Assembly (NCBI GenBank): GCA_013239625.1 | Contig: MU054187.1 | Coordinates: forward strand, 24,926,433-24,990,432 | Origin: Lama guanicoe | Lineage: Eukaryota | Direction of reading: 5' to 3' | DNA: 64,000 nt | In this document: piece by piece, positions 14,024-26,066 of the stretch | Layout: every line of letters starts with the position of its first letter | Numbering within the stretch: the stretch's first letter is position 1 | The notes under the pieces: model-generated | What the model was told of the DNA's origin: nothing | The model's input: the letters and a program-made list of their open reading frames with translations, nothing else | Database searches by the model: none | Program-made: the position numbers and the translations under genes

Positions 14024-15118
14024 CTTTGCACAGCTAAGGACATCGTCAACAAAACAGAAGTACAACCTACAGGATGGAAGGAAATATTTGCAAATAATGC
14101 AACCAACAAGGGACCAATTTCCAAAATGTGCAGACAGCTCATACAGCTTAATATAAAAAAGAAAAAAAACCCAGGCAACTCAATTAAAACAATGAGCAGA
14201 TCTAAGTAGACATCTCTCCAAAGAAGATACACAGGTGTCCAACAAGCACATGAAAATATGCTCAACACCACTAACTGTTAGAGAAATGCAAATCAAAACT
14301 ACAGTGAACTATCACCTCACACCAGTTAGAATGCCCATCATTAAAAAGTCCACAAGTCATAAATGCTGGAGAGGGTACGGAGAAAAAAAATCCTCCTACA
14401 TTGTCGGTGGGAATGTAAATTGGTGCAGCCACTATGGAGGACTGTTATAGAGATTCCTCAAAAAACTAAAAATAGACTTAACATATGATCCAGCAATCAC
14501 ACTCCTGGGCATATACCCAGAGGGAAGCTTAATTCAAAAATATACATGCACCCCAATGTTCATAGCAGCACTATTTACAATGGCCAAGACATGGAAACAG
14601 CCTAAATGTCCATCAACAGATGACTGGGTAAAGAAGTTGTGGTATATTTTTACAATGGAATACTATTCAATCATAGAAAAGAATAAAATAATGCCACTTG
14701 CAGCAACATGGATGGACCTAGAGATCATCATTCTAAGTGAAATAAGTCAGAAAGAGAAAGAATAACACCATATGATATCATTTATATGTGAAATCTAAAA
14801 AAGAAAAGAAAAGGACACAAACGAACTCATCTACAAAACAGAAACAGATTAACAGACATAGAGAACAAACTTATGATTACCAGGGTAAAGGGGGTGGGAA
14901 AGGATAAACTGGGAATTCAAAATTTGCATCTCTTGGGGAGTGATGGAAATGTTAGCTATCTTGATTGTGGTGGTGGTTTCATTGGTGATATATCTATCAA
15001 AATTCATTAAATTATACATCTGAAATATGTGTAGTTTATTGCACAGGAATCATACCACAATAAAGGTGTTTAAACAAACTTAAAAAGACACACACACACA
15101 CACGCACACACACAAACA
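14024..15118 (+). mobile_element. 5'-truncated LINE-1 with a chimeric 3' end and CA-rich tail
   Basis: ORF-track peptides [19 protein letters not shown] and MFIAALFTMAKTWKQPKCPSTDDW are the L1 ORF2 C-terminus; TSD AAA(G/T)TAAGTCATACT at 14009-14023 and 15119-15133. Confidence 0.9.
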
Positions 15119-15218
15119 AAATTAAGTCATACTTTCAGCATTTTATCTGGTAATACGCCACCTCCATTCTTGCTAACATTTTGGGTTCCAGTACCCATTT
15201 GTGAAGAACACAAAGTCG

Positions 15219-15945
15219 ATTCTTTCAATCCAAGAACATGGTCCCATCTTTCCATTTCTTTATGTCATCTTTAATTTCCTTAGTCAATGTGTTGTAGTTC
15301 TCCATGTATAAGTCTTTCACTTCCTTTGTCAGATTTATTTCTAGGATGCGATTTTAAAAGGGATTGTTCCTTAACTTTCTTTTTCTGATATTTCATTAGT
15401 AGTGTAAAGAAACGCAACTGATTTCTGTATGTTAATCTTGTATTCTGCTACTTTGCTGGATTCTTTTATCAGCTCTAGTAGTTTTTGTGTGGCGTTTTTA
15501 GGGTTTTCTATATATAGTATCATGTCATCCACATATAGAGACAATTTTACCTTTTCTCTTCCAATTTAGATAAAATGGCCATATAGCCCAAGGCAATCTA
15601 CAGATTTAATGTGGTCCCTATCAAATTACCCATGACATTTTCCACAGAACTAGAACAAATAATCCTAAAATTTACACAGAATCACAAAAGACCTAGTATT
15701 ACCAAAGCAATACTGAAGAAAAAGAATAAAGCTGGAGGAATAACCCTCCCAGACTTCAGACAATACTACAGAGCTACAGTAATCAGAACACTGTGGAACT
15801 GGCATAGAAACAGATACGGATCAATGGAACAGAACAGAGAGCCCAGAAATAAACCCACAGACCAATGGTCAATTAATGTTTGACAAAGGAGGCAAGACTA
15901 CACAATGGAGTAAAGACAGTTTCTTCAGCAAGTGAGTTGAAGAAA
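15219..15945. mobile_element. LINE-1 ORF2 fragment with 5' inversion (minus ~15219-15570, plus ~15571-15945)
   Basis: Antisense ORF2 text joined to sense AAAATGGCCATA...; ORF 15611 ([19 protein letters not shown]...[17 protein letters not shown]) is L1 ORF2. Confidence 0.88.
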
Positions 15946-18003
15946 CCAGATCTGAATCTCTTGTGTTCTTAGTTAACTTATTAAACTTTTTTACTCTTCA
16001 TTTTTATTGTCAGAAGAAGATGAAAAACTAAAAATTAAATTCAACAGAAGCCAATTAATAAGTGTTATCACTGCACCCTTTTGAAACCTTTCCCTCTTGG
16101 AATTGTCTCTTCAGATCCAGGTTGTGGTATGTACAGGTATGGCTGTCTAATGAGCGATAAAGTTGATTTGACAATCTTGGTATAAACTTCCACATTACAA
16201 AGAGCAAACTGAGACAGATAATAAGGAGAGACCTAAGTTCTTGGATCCACATATTTATTATTGTCTGAGTTTTCACAAGGCTTCACTATCTTTCCTGTAA
16301 AGTGTGGCTGATCACAGGGTAACTATTTCTCCAAGATTACTAGGGTCAAACTGATGTGAAAAAGTTGAATTAGCATTCTGAATGAAAATGTGTGTGTGTG
16401 TGTGTGTGAGCACGCGCACATGTATGTACGCTCCGCCCCCAGACACACATTCTTCTTCTTCAATAGAGCTGGCCATTTGGGATGTTTAATAACTGCCTTG
16501 TGTTAATAAGCTACTGTGCTTCATACTTTGCTGCTAGGATCTCTTGACTTTGTCATATGAGTTAAATACTACTCCAGGCTCACGTTCAACTTTGATCTTA
16601 CAGATAAAGAATTTAAAGAGTCGATCCATGCTCTTGAGATCGGCATCACCTCCTTGGTGTGCAATCTGGCTCTGACTTTGCCCATCACTGATAATAACTG
16701 GGTTTCTTTTTCACTCCTGGGCCCTGCCATGCTCCAAAGTTCTAAAAACTACATCCCTACCTTGCACTTGTGTATGAGTCCAAATCTTCAGAACTACTCA
16801 GTTCCCAGGCCATCCTGACAATCCTTGCCTGCCTGGAGAAATTAGCTATCTTATTATAAGGTTTTTTGTTCTTTGCTGCTCTGCAATGCACATCCCATGA
16901 AGGTAACTGCTTCAGTCAACAGTTGGATTCCCCACTAGAATCTGCAGTGGGGTTTATCCCCTTGGCATTGGAAGATCTAGTTCTAAGTCTAGATTACTCA
17001 TCATCTGTCTCACATTATAGATGTAATATTTGATACAGAAAAGGTAAAGAAGAGACAGTGGAGCTAAGCAGATAACCTGTCCCCACAAAGGAAGTGTACT
17101 AATACCAACATATTTGTTTGGTGCCCATTATGTGCCAGGTGCTGTACTAGACACAGAGGATACAACAGCCTGGAGACTGATATTGGCAGTTTTTTGTGGA
17201 GCAGGCGTTTTAGAGAGGGGAAAGTAACATTTATGTAAACTGACAACTAAATGAAATATTCATAAAACCTGATAAAGTGTCATGAAGGAAGCTACAAGGG
17301 GCTTTAACAGAAGCTGAGAGAATTGAAAAACAAAAAAACTGCTTTTGTGTACTCATTCTATAGCTGTCTTAAGAACAGAAAAGAGATGCTCACCTCCCCG
17401 TTCTCTGTGAATATTTCTTGCCAGAATTAGAATCACTTCCAAAGAGATGACCATAAGCATTAAAGATTATCTTGTGAAAACAGGATGTACTATACTGTTA
17501 CTCTTGGCCTGAAATTCCAAAAAACAATTTTGTGAACAAAAGTAACAATATGACCTCGGGCTTGCTTGCCACAAGGATCATATCAAGGCATAGAATGTTA
17601 TAAAAGGAGATTTTTAATAGATTTATCCTGACTCATGAAAATAAAAGAATAGGAAAAAGCATGATTTCTTAAATTTCCAGTAACATGCCTGATATTATGT
17701 TATAGAATTTTCTTATTGGGTATAAATGAAGCAGGTTGGAAATATAGTCCCTTGGACAAGTTGTGTTTAGGATATTTTTCACAATTAAAGAATTTCAGAG
17801 CAAAATTGTTGCAATGGAGTTGCATACAGAATTGGGTCCATCTGTTTGTAGCCAGAAATAGAAAGCTTGTCACAATTGAGATATTAGTCAATCTTTGCCC
17901 AGGAAACCACAAAGCAGCAAATGTTGGTAGCTTGCCTTCAAAAGTGGATAAATTGGTTGTGGCAGAAAAATTACATTAAGAAATAAAATGTAATGTAAAA
18001 TCT

Positions 18004-18995
18004 TACTTGAACGTAAGGCCTTAAACCATAAAACTCCTAGAAGAAAACATAGGCAATAAGCTCTTTGACATTAGTCTTAGCAATATCTTTCTATGTTTGC
18101 CTCCCCAGACAAGAGAAGCAAAAGCAAAAATAAACAAATAGAGCTACCAGAAAGCTTCTGCAGCAAAGTAAACCATCAACAAAATGGAAATACAACCTAC
18201 TCAATGGGAAAAGATACTTGCAAATGATATATCTGATAAGAGGTTAATACCCAAAATATACAAATAACTCATACAACTCAACAACATATAAGCTAACAAC
18301 GTGATTAAAAAATGGACAGAGGAGCTGAAGATACATTTTTCCAAAGAATACATACAGATGGCTAACAGACATATAAAAATATGTTCAGCATCACTAGTTA
18401 TTAGGAAAATACAAATGAAAACCATGGTGAGATATCACTTCACACCTGTTAGAATGGCTATTTTCAAAAAGTCTAGAAAGCACGGGTGCTAGCAAGGATG
18501 TGAAGAAAAGGAAGCCCTCATACACCATTGGTAGGGATGTAACTGGTGCAGCCACTGTGGAAGACAGTATGGAGGTTCTTCCCCAAAATTAAGAATAGAA
18601 CTCACATATGATCCAGCTATCCCGCTTATGAGCATTTATCCAAAGAATGGACCTGGAAGTTGTAGCTTATTATACTATATGAAATAAGTCAGGCAGAGAA
18701 AGGCAAAAATACTGTATCATTTCACTTACATGTAGAATATGAAAGTAGACAAACAAACAAAAAACAAAATAAATGAACATACCAAAACCAGACAAAAACA
18801 AACATGTAGATACAGACAACAGAGTGTAGTGGTTACCAGAGGGGAAGGGGCAAGAGAAATGAGTAAAGGGGATCAAGTGTATAATGATGGATGGAAATTA
18901 AATTTTGGGTGGTTAGCATGCCGAAGTGTATACAGAAGTAGAAGTATAATGTTATATACACAAAACTTATTTATTGTTGTAAGCCAATGTTATAT
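18004..18995 (+). mobile_element. Older LINE-1 3' fragment with an internal deletion near 18647
   Basis: ACCATAAAACTCCTAGAAGAAAACATAGG; ORF 18301 ([23 protein letters not shown]) is the ORF2 C-terminus; 3' UTR follows. Confidence 0.9.
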
Positions 18996-19530
18996 TTTTA
19001 GACTTCTTTGAAATATGGTCAGTAAGGACTTCATTGATTAAATTCTTGATGCTATTGGCCAATTTTATATGATACTAGATCTAAGCAGAATTTTGAACAG
19101 ATGGAATGAAATTGTTTTACTGGTATTTTTCCATGGCCCTTGTTTCTCCCAGTGATAGATCAGTGGAGTGACAGCCCTGGATTTGACAATATGACCAATG
19201 GGAAGAGTCTGCACCTCCTTCTTGGTGACTTGCTTTGTTGCTGCAGCTAGTGTTTGCAGATGAATGTGCAACGAAATGGCAGCAGCCAACATGAAGTATT
19301 TTCTTACATGATGGGGAATTCTATGTCCTCGCTCCTACTTGCCAATTCACCTTGTTTCAAGGACCTGTTCTGTTTCAAACATAACCTGGTGATAGGAAGT
19401 TGGGTGCTCTGTTATTTTCATTTCTTCTATTGCAATTGGTTGGGGAGGGGTTAGACTAGATAACAACTAGTATCCATTTTAGCTCTAATTCTGGAAAGGG
19501 ATGGAATTACTTAGTTTATAGATAAAAACT

Positions 19531-19650
19531 AGTGGTGTGCTGGAGCCAGCTGATCCTGGCTTGGAACTTCACATTTAGGGACATCTTTTTGGTCGCTTGG
19601 CCATAGTGGGGATATTTACATCAAGGAAACTGGCAAATGCTATAAGGGAA
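19531..19650 (+). mobile_element. Non-autonomous hAT element (MER63A-like)
   Basis: Terminus AGTGGTGTGCTGGAGCCAGCT and internal GGCCATAGTGGGGATATTTACA...GGAAACTGGCAAATGCTA match the recalled MER63A consensus. Confidence 0.65.
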
Positions 19651-21594
19651 GACATTTGTTTGTGCACTTTTAGTATTTTGCTCTTGAGAACAGCAGCAAA
19701 TGCAGTATTTGCTCTCAGTGACAGGAGCCCTTATCACTAGAAACCTTCAGAGGAGATTTGGACAAATGCTTAGCATCATGGGTAAAAAAATTGCTGGTGA
19801 CAGTTTTCTTTTCAGTGTCCTGGTGAAACAAAGCTTTCCCTTGGATTGTTTGCTTGTGTAGTTAATGGAAACTTTTCCAGGCATCTACATGTTCCCTCTC
19901 ATTGTGAATAATTGGCTCTAAGTGTCATAGTTGTTCTTTCCTTTAAAACTCTTGCCTTCGTTAATGCAGCTATTACATTGAATGATTTCTTACGTGTCTT
20001 TGTTCAAAGGGACTTCCTGAGATTTGGAATCAGAAGAGGCTCCTTCACTGTATGTATACCAAACTGCATTTGCCAGAAAAGGGTAGTGTGTGGGTAGTCT
20101 TTTACTTGGAATTACGATTTGTTTTTTGGAAAAGAGAGAAGGCAAAGGGCAAGAGAAAAAGATGTAGAGTTAGGATGTTTCTTACTAAATCAATTTTATT
20201 TACCCTCAAACACCCTCTGGATGGAATTTTGACATATTATTTGTAAATCATTCTAATAGCTCTCCTTCAGTCTAGGTGGATATTTACTTTGATTCAACCT
20301 GACAGCTAGCCAAAGTTCTGTTAAAATGGCCAGGCTTAGAAAAGCAAGAATGTTACCAAGGGAATAGGATGAAGAGTTCCAAATTCATACCAAGTCAAAT
20401 TGTGGGCCAGGAAAAGTTTAAATTTCTATTTCTCTTTCTGTAGTTTTTTCCCCATTATTTCCCCCATCTTGAGACACTCAGAACCTTTCTTCATTATTCC
20501 CTCTGCTTAGTCCATTTCTCCACCAAATATGCCACTTTACCTGGTCCACTTCCATTTAATTCAACAAACATATACTGAGTATATTCTGCATGCCAAGAAC
20601 TGTCTTAGGCTCAGAGAATTCAACATTGAATACAGCACAACCTATGCTTAAAAATAGTCTCCACAATTTAGTGGACTCACATAAACAGAATCTAAAGTTA
20701 TTCAGAATGAGTATATGATTCTATTGATATAAATCAAATTCCACATAGACCTTTGGGAGAATAAGGACTTTTTCATGAGCTGGAAAGGAGGAAGGAAGGG
20801 AAGAATACATACCAATTAGACAAAGGGTTAACATTTATTGAGCACTTAAATGTTGTTTGCTTTTCTAAGGGTTTTACACATCTTAAACTCATTTCGTCCT
20901 TGCAACAACTATATTATTAATAGTAATATTATTGCCATTTTATTAACATATCAATTGGCTATGGTGAAGTTGACAAACTAATAAGTAGTAAAGATAGGTT
21001 TGAACCCAGCAGAGCCATTGTGGTTACCACTGTGTTGTTCGTAAAGACAGATTTTTGTTCAACTGTCCTTAAGTATATATGTATTAAGTAAAAAAAATCT
21101 GTGTTCTTGCATTGTAATAGCCCTAGTGATATTTAAAAAACTGGAAATGATCTATGTCCTCAAACATTTCAAAATCTAATGAAATAGATATCTTAGCAAA
21201 TAGAATGTGACAAATTCCATTTAAGTACTATACAAGGGTTGATGAAAGGATATATGAGAGACTCCTACTTGCAGACAGGAATCTTGTGCAATGAATATTA
21301 GCTTTATTAATTTTCTTTGCCATGCTTAGTTCTAAAAATATTATACTCCAGAAATACTTTATCTACAATAAACCATTTACTGGGATACGGTAGTGTATTA
21401 ACAAGACGTTATTCCTTATATCCCATATATCAGGAATGTCACATTTCCAAAATACTTCTATCAGCCAAATTTTGAGAATTATGCTGGCAGTGGTGAGTTT
21501 GAATTGTATTTCTATTCTGGAACCCAGAGTGCAGCCCCATTGAGTTTACATGTTTAATATGTTTCTTTGTGATTATTATGTCATGATTGTTAAC

Positions 21595-21830
21595 AGCCTG
21601 CACTTTGGACTCAAGGAGACCTGAGCTTGAGATTTAACTTTACCACTTACTACTGACTTGGGCAAGTTACTTAACTATGGGAAGCTTCAGTTTCCTCATG
21701 AAAAAAAAAAATTAACAATATAGGTATGTTACAAGAGTACACATACGGGTTTGGAGAGAGTTAAATGAGATAATGTAGCTATTTAAAGCACTTAGCACAG
21801 AGTCTGGAACATTGTAAAGGATCAGAAAAT
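21595..21830 (+). mobile_element. MIR SINE
   Basis: CCACTTACTACTGACTTGGGCAAGTTACTTAAC...TCAGTTTCCTCAT...TTAAATGAGATAATGTA...AAAGCACTTAGCACAG. Confidence 0.8.
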
Positions 21831-22703
21831 TAATTATTAATATGGTCAGCTGAGCTATAAAAAAACTGAAAGACTTTAATGCAAGACCAGTCCCCCTTCA
21901 CTTGGAAATGGTTAACAAAATATCTGGGTACTCATGCGAGAGTAGAAAGTTATGACTTGAAAAGCAGGCAAGACGGGCCATCTCATTTACATGCGAAGGA
22001 GTCTGAATTTCAGCTTTAGGAATGGTGAACTACAGATGAATTTTAGGTCTGAGAATGACACAATCAGATTTATGTTTTACATTTATCACTCTGTTCACAG
22101 TCAGAGGATGAGTCAGAAGTTTGGAAATTTGAACAGAGTAGAGACAGGGAGCTAATTAATAATTGAGATAAAAGATGATGAGAACTTAAACCAGGACAGT
22201 GGGATCGAGAATAGAAAAGGCAAGGAATCATACATAATGGTTTCTCCTCCTTCTAAACCTCCCTGTTTTGTATCTCGTCTTTGAGAGTACTGAAGCGGGA
22301 CTCTTAGCTTTTCTCGTACTTTATTTGACTCGATGGTTATTTTGCTTATGATGCTTTGTTACCACCAAAGACCACTGGTGTATTAGCATCTTCGATGCCT
22401 AAATCCAACGTTTAATTAACATGAAATTTCAAGCAGCACGGCAGGGACCATGGAAATGATATCTTGGGGAAGAAGAATTTTCTCTGTTTTCCTTATGTGG
22501 AAGTAAAGCCCTGAATAATTCTCTTCACAGGTATCACAGTTGATATTGACACCTGCTTTCCTTCCCGTAGACCACACTAAAAAAAGAAAAAAAAGTCATT
22601 GTGACCAACTATTCTATGTTGTCAGAATAAAAGGAAGTTCTTTTATTAAAACAATGTCAATGTTATTGCAGAGGGTATTTGACATTTTTGTCTGGCTCTA
22701 CTG

Positions 22704-22705
<2 letters not shown>

Positions 22706-22763
<58 letters not shown>

Positions 22764-22783
22764 CCTATCTCTCTCTCTATCTA
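22706..22783. repeat. (TATC)n tetranucleotide microsatellite, about 14 perfect units
   Basis: Read directly. Confidence 0.97.
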
Positions 22784-23394
22784 TATGTACTCTGGTATAT
22801 ATCTATCAACTAGAAAGTTTTTAAAAATCTTGCTTTTAAAACAAAGATAGGATTTAATGAAAGGCATATCTCACCAACTCATAACAGCGAAGGAAAGGGA
22901 GACAGCCTACCAGTTGTAAGCTTGGAAGTGTCAAATTGTTAAATCAAGTCCTTCATGGATGCTGCTTCCCAAAGTGGTACCCACAGGCCCTTTACCATTG
23001 ATGAAATCTAGTGGTGAAATGGTGGGGATAACAGAGAGAAGAGAGTATGGGCAAACAGTGGGAAGGAAGGAAAAATCACTTTCCTTGCTACTTCCTCATT
23101 AAGTTCTTGTGATGGAGAAGAAATCTGGTAGAAACTTGAAGGCACCAGGAGACTTTTATTCCATCTTCTGTCTCTCATATTCTAACTGGTTCACTATGTG
23201 TAGGTTATGAAACCCTTGTTTTCACAAATGTAAAATCCATTGAACATCCTTTCAATAAATATGTAATAAATGCCAACTGTGTGCTTCACTCTTTTCTAAC
23301 TAAGCACAGACATGTAACAATGTACAGAACAGACAAACCCTCAGGGAGCTTAATTCTAATGGGAAAGGCAGATATTAAACAAAATGCAACATAT

Positions 23395-23575
23395 GGTATT
23401 AGTTTATATATATTATATTGGCCATAGTGGGGATATATATATTAATTTATATATATTATATATATAATAAATACGTTTTTTATATTTATATTTGGTATGT
23501 GTTAATATATAACTAAGTAATTATAGATATTTAAAGTTGTCATATAATAAGTTATATATTACAGGTAATATATAA
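23395..23575. repeat. Degenerate TA-rich low-complexity tract
   Basis: Read directly. Confidence 0.8.
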
Positions 23576-24828
23576 TGAAATGACAATACTCATGTTTTTC
23601 TTCTAGAACGTCACAAGTAGCGTAAAAATCAAAATTCCTAAAATCCTTTTAAAAATACCATATGCTCTGCAAATGCAAACCATATTTACTCACTCACAAG
23701 GTTATAAGAGAAGTGCTGGATTTAATTTCAAGGTTCTCTGCCTCCAATATTTTAGGCCTTGTTTTTAGAAGGGTACTGACTTCTGAGATCCTGATGGTTA
23801 GATCCATATCCTCAAAAAATCTTGAAGACTACTCATAAGACTGAGTTTGGAGATGCAAGCTGGGGTGGCCCCAGGTCTGGGGTTCTTGGTATGAATGTTG
23901 TGGTCTTGGGGCACTTTACTGGCTTAATGTGCTTTATGGTGTTAGGCCGAGGCTGCCCACGCAGCTGGTGTATTTCTTATAGCACCTGTATGCTTCCTGT
24001 AATTACTTACGTCTCCCTGAGGGATGCTGGATATATCTTTATGACCCTTCTGCCTAGAATAACATCTGACCCTTGGTAGGTGCTCAGTGACTGTTTACTG
24101 AAACAGTGCTTGGTCACATGGTAACGGCTGGGCCTGACACATATTGCAGAATTACTGGAAGTGACTGGGAGTGTTCATGTGCTCAGATGAGCTCCGTGCT
24201 GTCTGCTGCTTTCAGTGCAGACTTCTTTTCCCTTTTCAAGGTAGCTGTTGGAGAAAAGAAACAAAGCAAAAGGGCATTTCGGCTCTCCTGGAAGCTGAGC
24301 TTTCCCTATCACTTCTGTTTTTTCTATTCTTCCTTGAGAACACCTTGCATCACTCCAAAGATATGTTTCCTTTTTTCCATGACAATGAAGCTAATGATAG
24401 ATTTATTTATTTTGTATTAGGTTGAAAGGTTGCTTTTATTCTTCATAGAATATTGTTCCATGGCTCCTAAGTTCATAGAAAGGTTGGTATTATTTTAGCT
24501 TATGAAGCTCAACCTTTTTAGAAGAATAGATAAATCAGGAGGAATTGTCTACACTAGTTTTTAGGATTTCTGGGTAATGTTACCAAAATGAAAATAGTCT
24601 TAATTGAGAATGAAAAGTTAACAAACTGTGTTAATACCAAATTAATTCCTATAGTTTCAAAGTCAACTTTTTTCCTTCTCGGAAGTTTGAATTTCCAGGC
24701 AAAGCTTATGCTGCTCTGGCTCAGTGTGTAATTGTACTTTTGTTTTTAAGGAATTGTTAACTATGGGTTATCTATGGGTAAGTGTCAATTACTCCAGAAT
24801 TTGATTCTTGCTGTTTCTGTGCCCTGGG

Positions 24829-24872
24829 ATTGCATAAAATTCAGCTGACGTCAGCTATGCAATTGCACGTAA
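24829..24872. promoter_or_regulatory. Candidate enhancer motif cluster (C/EBP-like, full CRE, HRE-like)
   Basis: ATTGCATAA at 24829; TGACGTCA at 24846-24853 inside the palindrome AGCTGACGTCAGCT; TACGTG on minus at 24866-24871; motif evidence only. Confidence 0.35.
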
Positions 24873-25954
24873 CTGCCTGTCTTCCAAGAAGACAATGCAT
24901 TGATATGAGCAACTAAGATAAGTATGATTATTTTATCAAATTCCTGGTGAATGCATTCTTTCTCCCCATCCTCTACTCCCATAGACATCTGAAGAAACAG
25001 CAAAGAGAAATAATCTAAATTTAAATGTGATACTGACTGATTTTCCCCAAAGATGTTTTAGGAAGCAAAATGGTGGTTATAAGAGAATGAGAAAGTCCTA
25101 AGGATTTGTGTAAAATGAGTTCCTACATAATATAGTCTCTAATTTTCCAGTAAATTAAAAAAAAAAAGATGGATTGATAGAGTTTTGAAAAGGTTGACAG
25201 TTACCTGAATTCCTGCCAGTTTTGGTCAGGCCAGTTTCGTCTAACTTAGCTGCAAAGGGGTTAGAATGGAAATGCAAGTGGGCGTCATGACCTTCACTTT
25301 TGTTAATGGAAGAAGAAAGCAATCAGGAAACAAGGGAAATTATTCAGAGATTGGGGTAATGGGTATTAATGATCAAAACATAGGAATGAACTTGCTGACT
25401 TAAACACAGAAATGGGAGAGTCAGGGGAGCCCTAATCCAAATTGCATTTCAAGTACTCCAGAGGTTATATTGCCTGAGAATCGCTGACAGGAAGGAATTT
25501 TGAAATTTGAAGGGAACATAAAAAAAAAGAATGATTTTTCTTGGGAAATAACCCAAATTCTGAAATTGAGATCCATAACGGGTTGATAAATGGGCTGCAT
25601 GTTGTCCTTGAGCCTTTGACACTATAGGCAAAATTTTGGATGTTTTTTAGATATGCATTTGGTGGGGGGAGGGTAGAGAGGAAATGGTGCACAGCTTTTA
25701 TAAAATTCACTGAAGGTCTATGACCCAACAAAAGTTATGAACCACAGATATAAAGAAAATAGCACAGCTCAGCTCTAACACTTATTCTCTGTGTAACCTT
25801 GGACAGTCACTTAAATTCTACGAATCTTTGTTTCCAATACATGTAAAATTAACTCTGTCCTGCTTTCTCCACCAGTGCTGTTATGGAAATCAGATGAGAT
25901 AATGTCTACAAAGCTAACACTACTACAAACAGCACTTACTATGTACCAGGCAGA

Positions 25955-26066
25955 TTTTTTTTAAACATTTTTTTATTGAGTTATAGTCATTTTACGATGT
26001 TGTGTCAAATTCCAGTGTAGAGCACAATTTTTCAGTTATACATGAACATACGTATATTCATTGTCA
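25955..26066 (-). mobile_element. Young short LINE-1 3' tail inserted into an antisense MIR (~25930-26270)
   Basis: TTTTTTATTGAGTTATAGTCATTTTACGATGTTGTGTCAAATTCCAGTGTAGAGC; TSD CAGGCAGA at 25947-25954 and 26067-26074. Confidence 0.88.
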
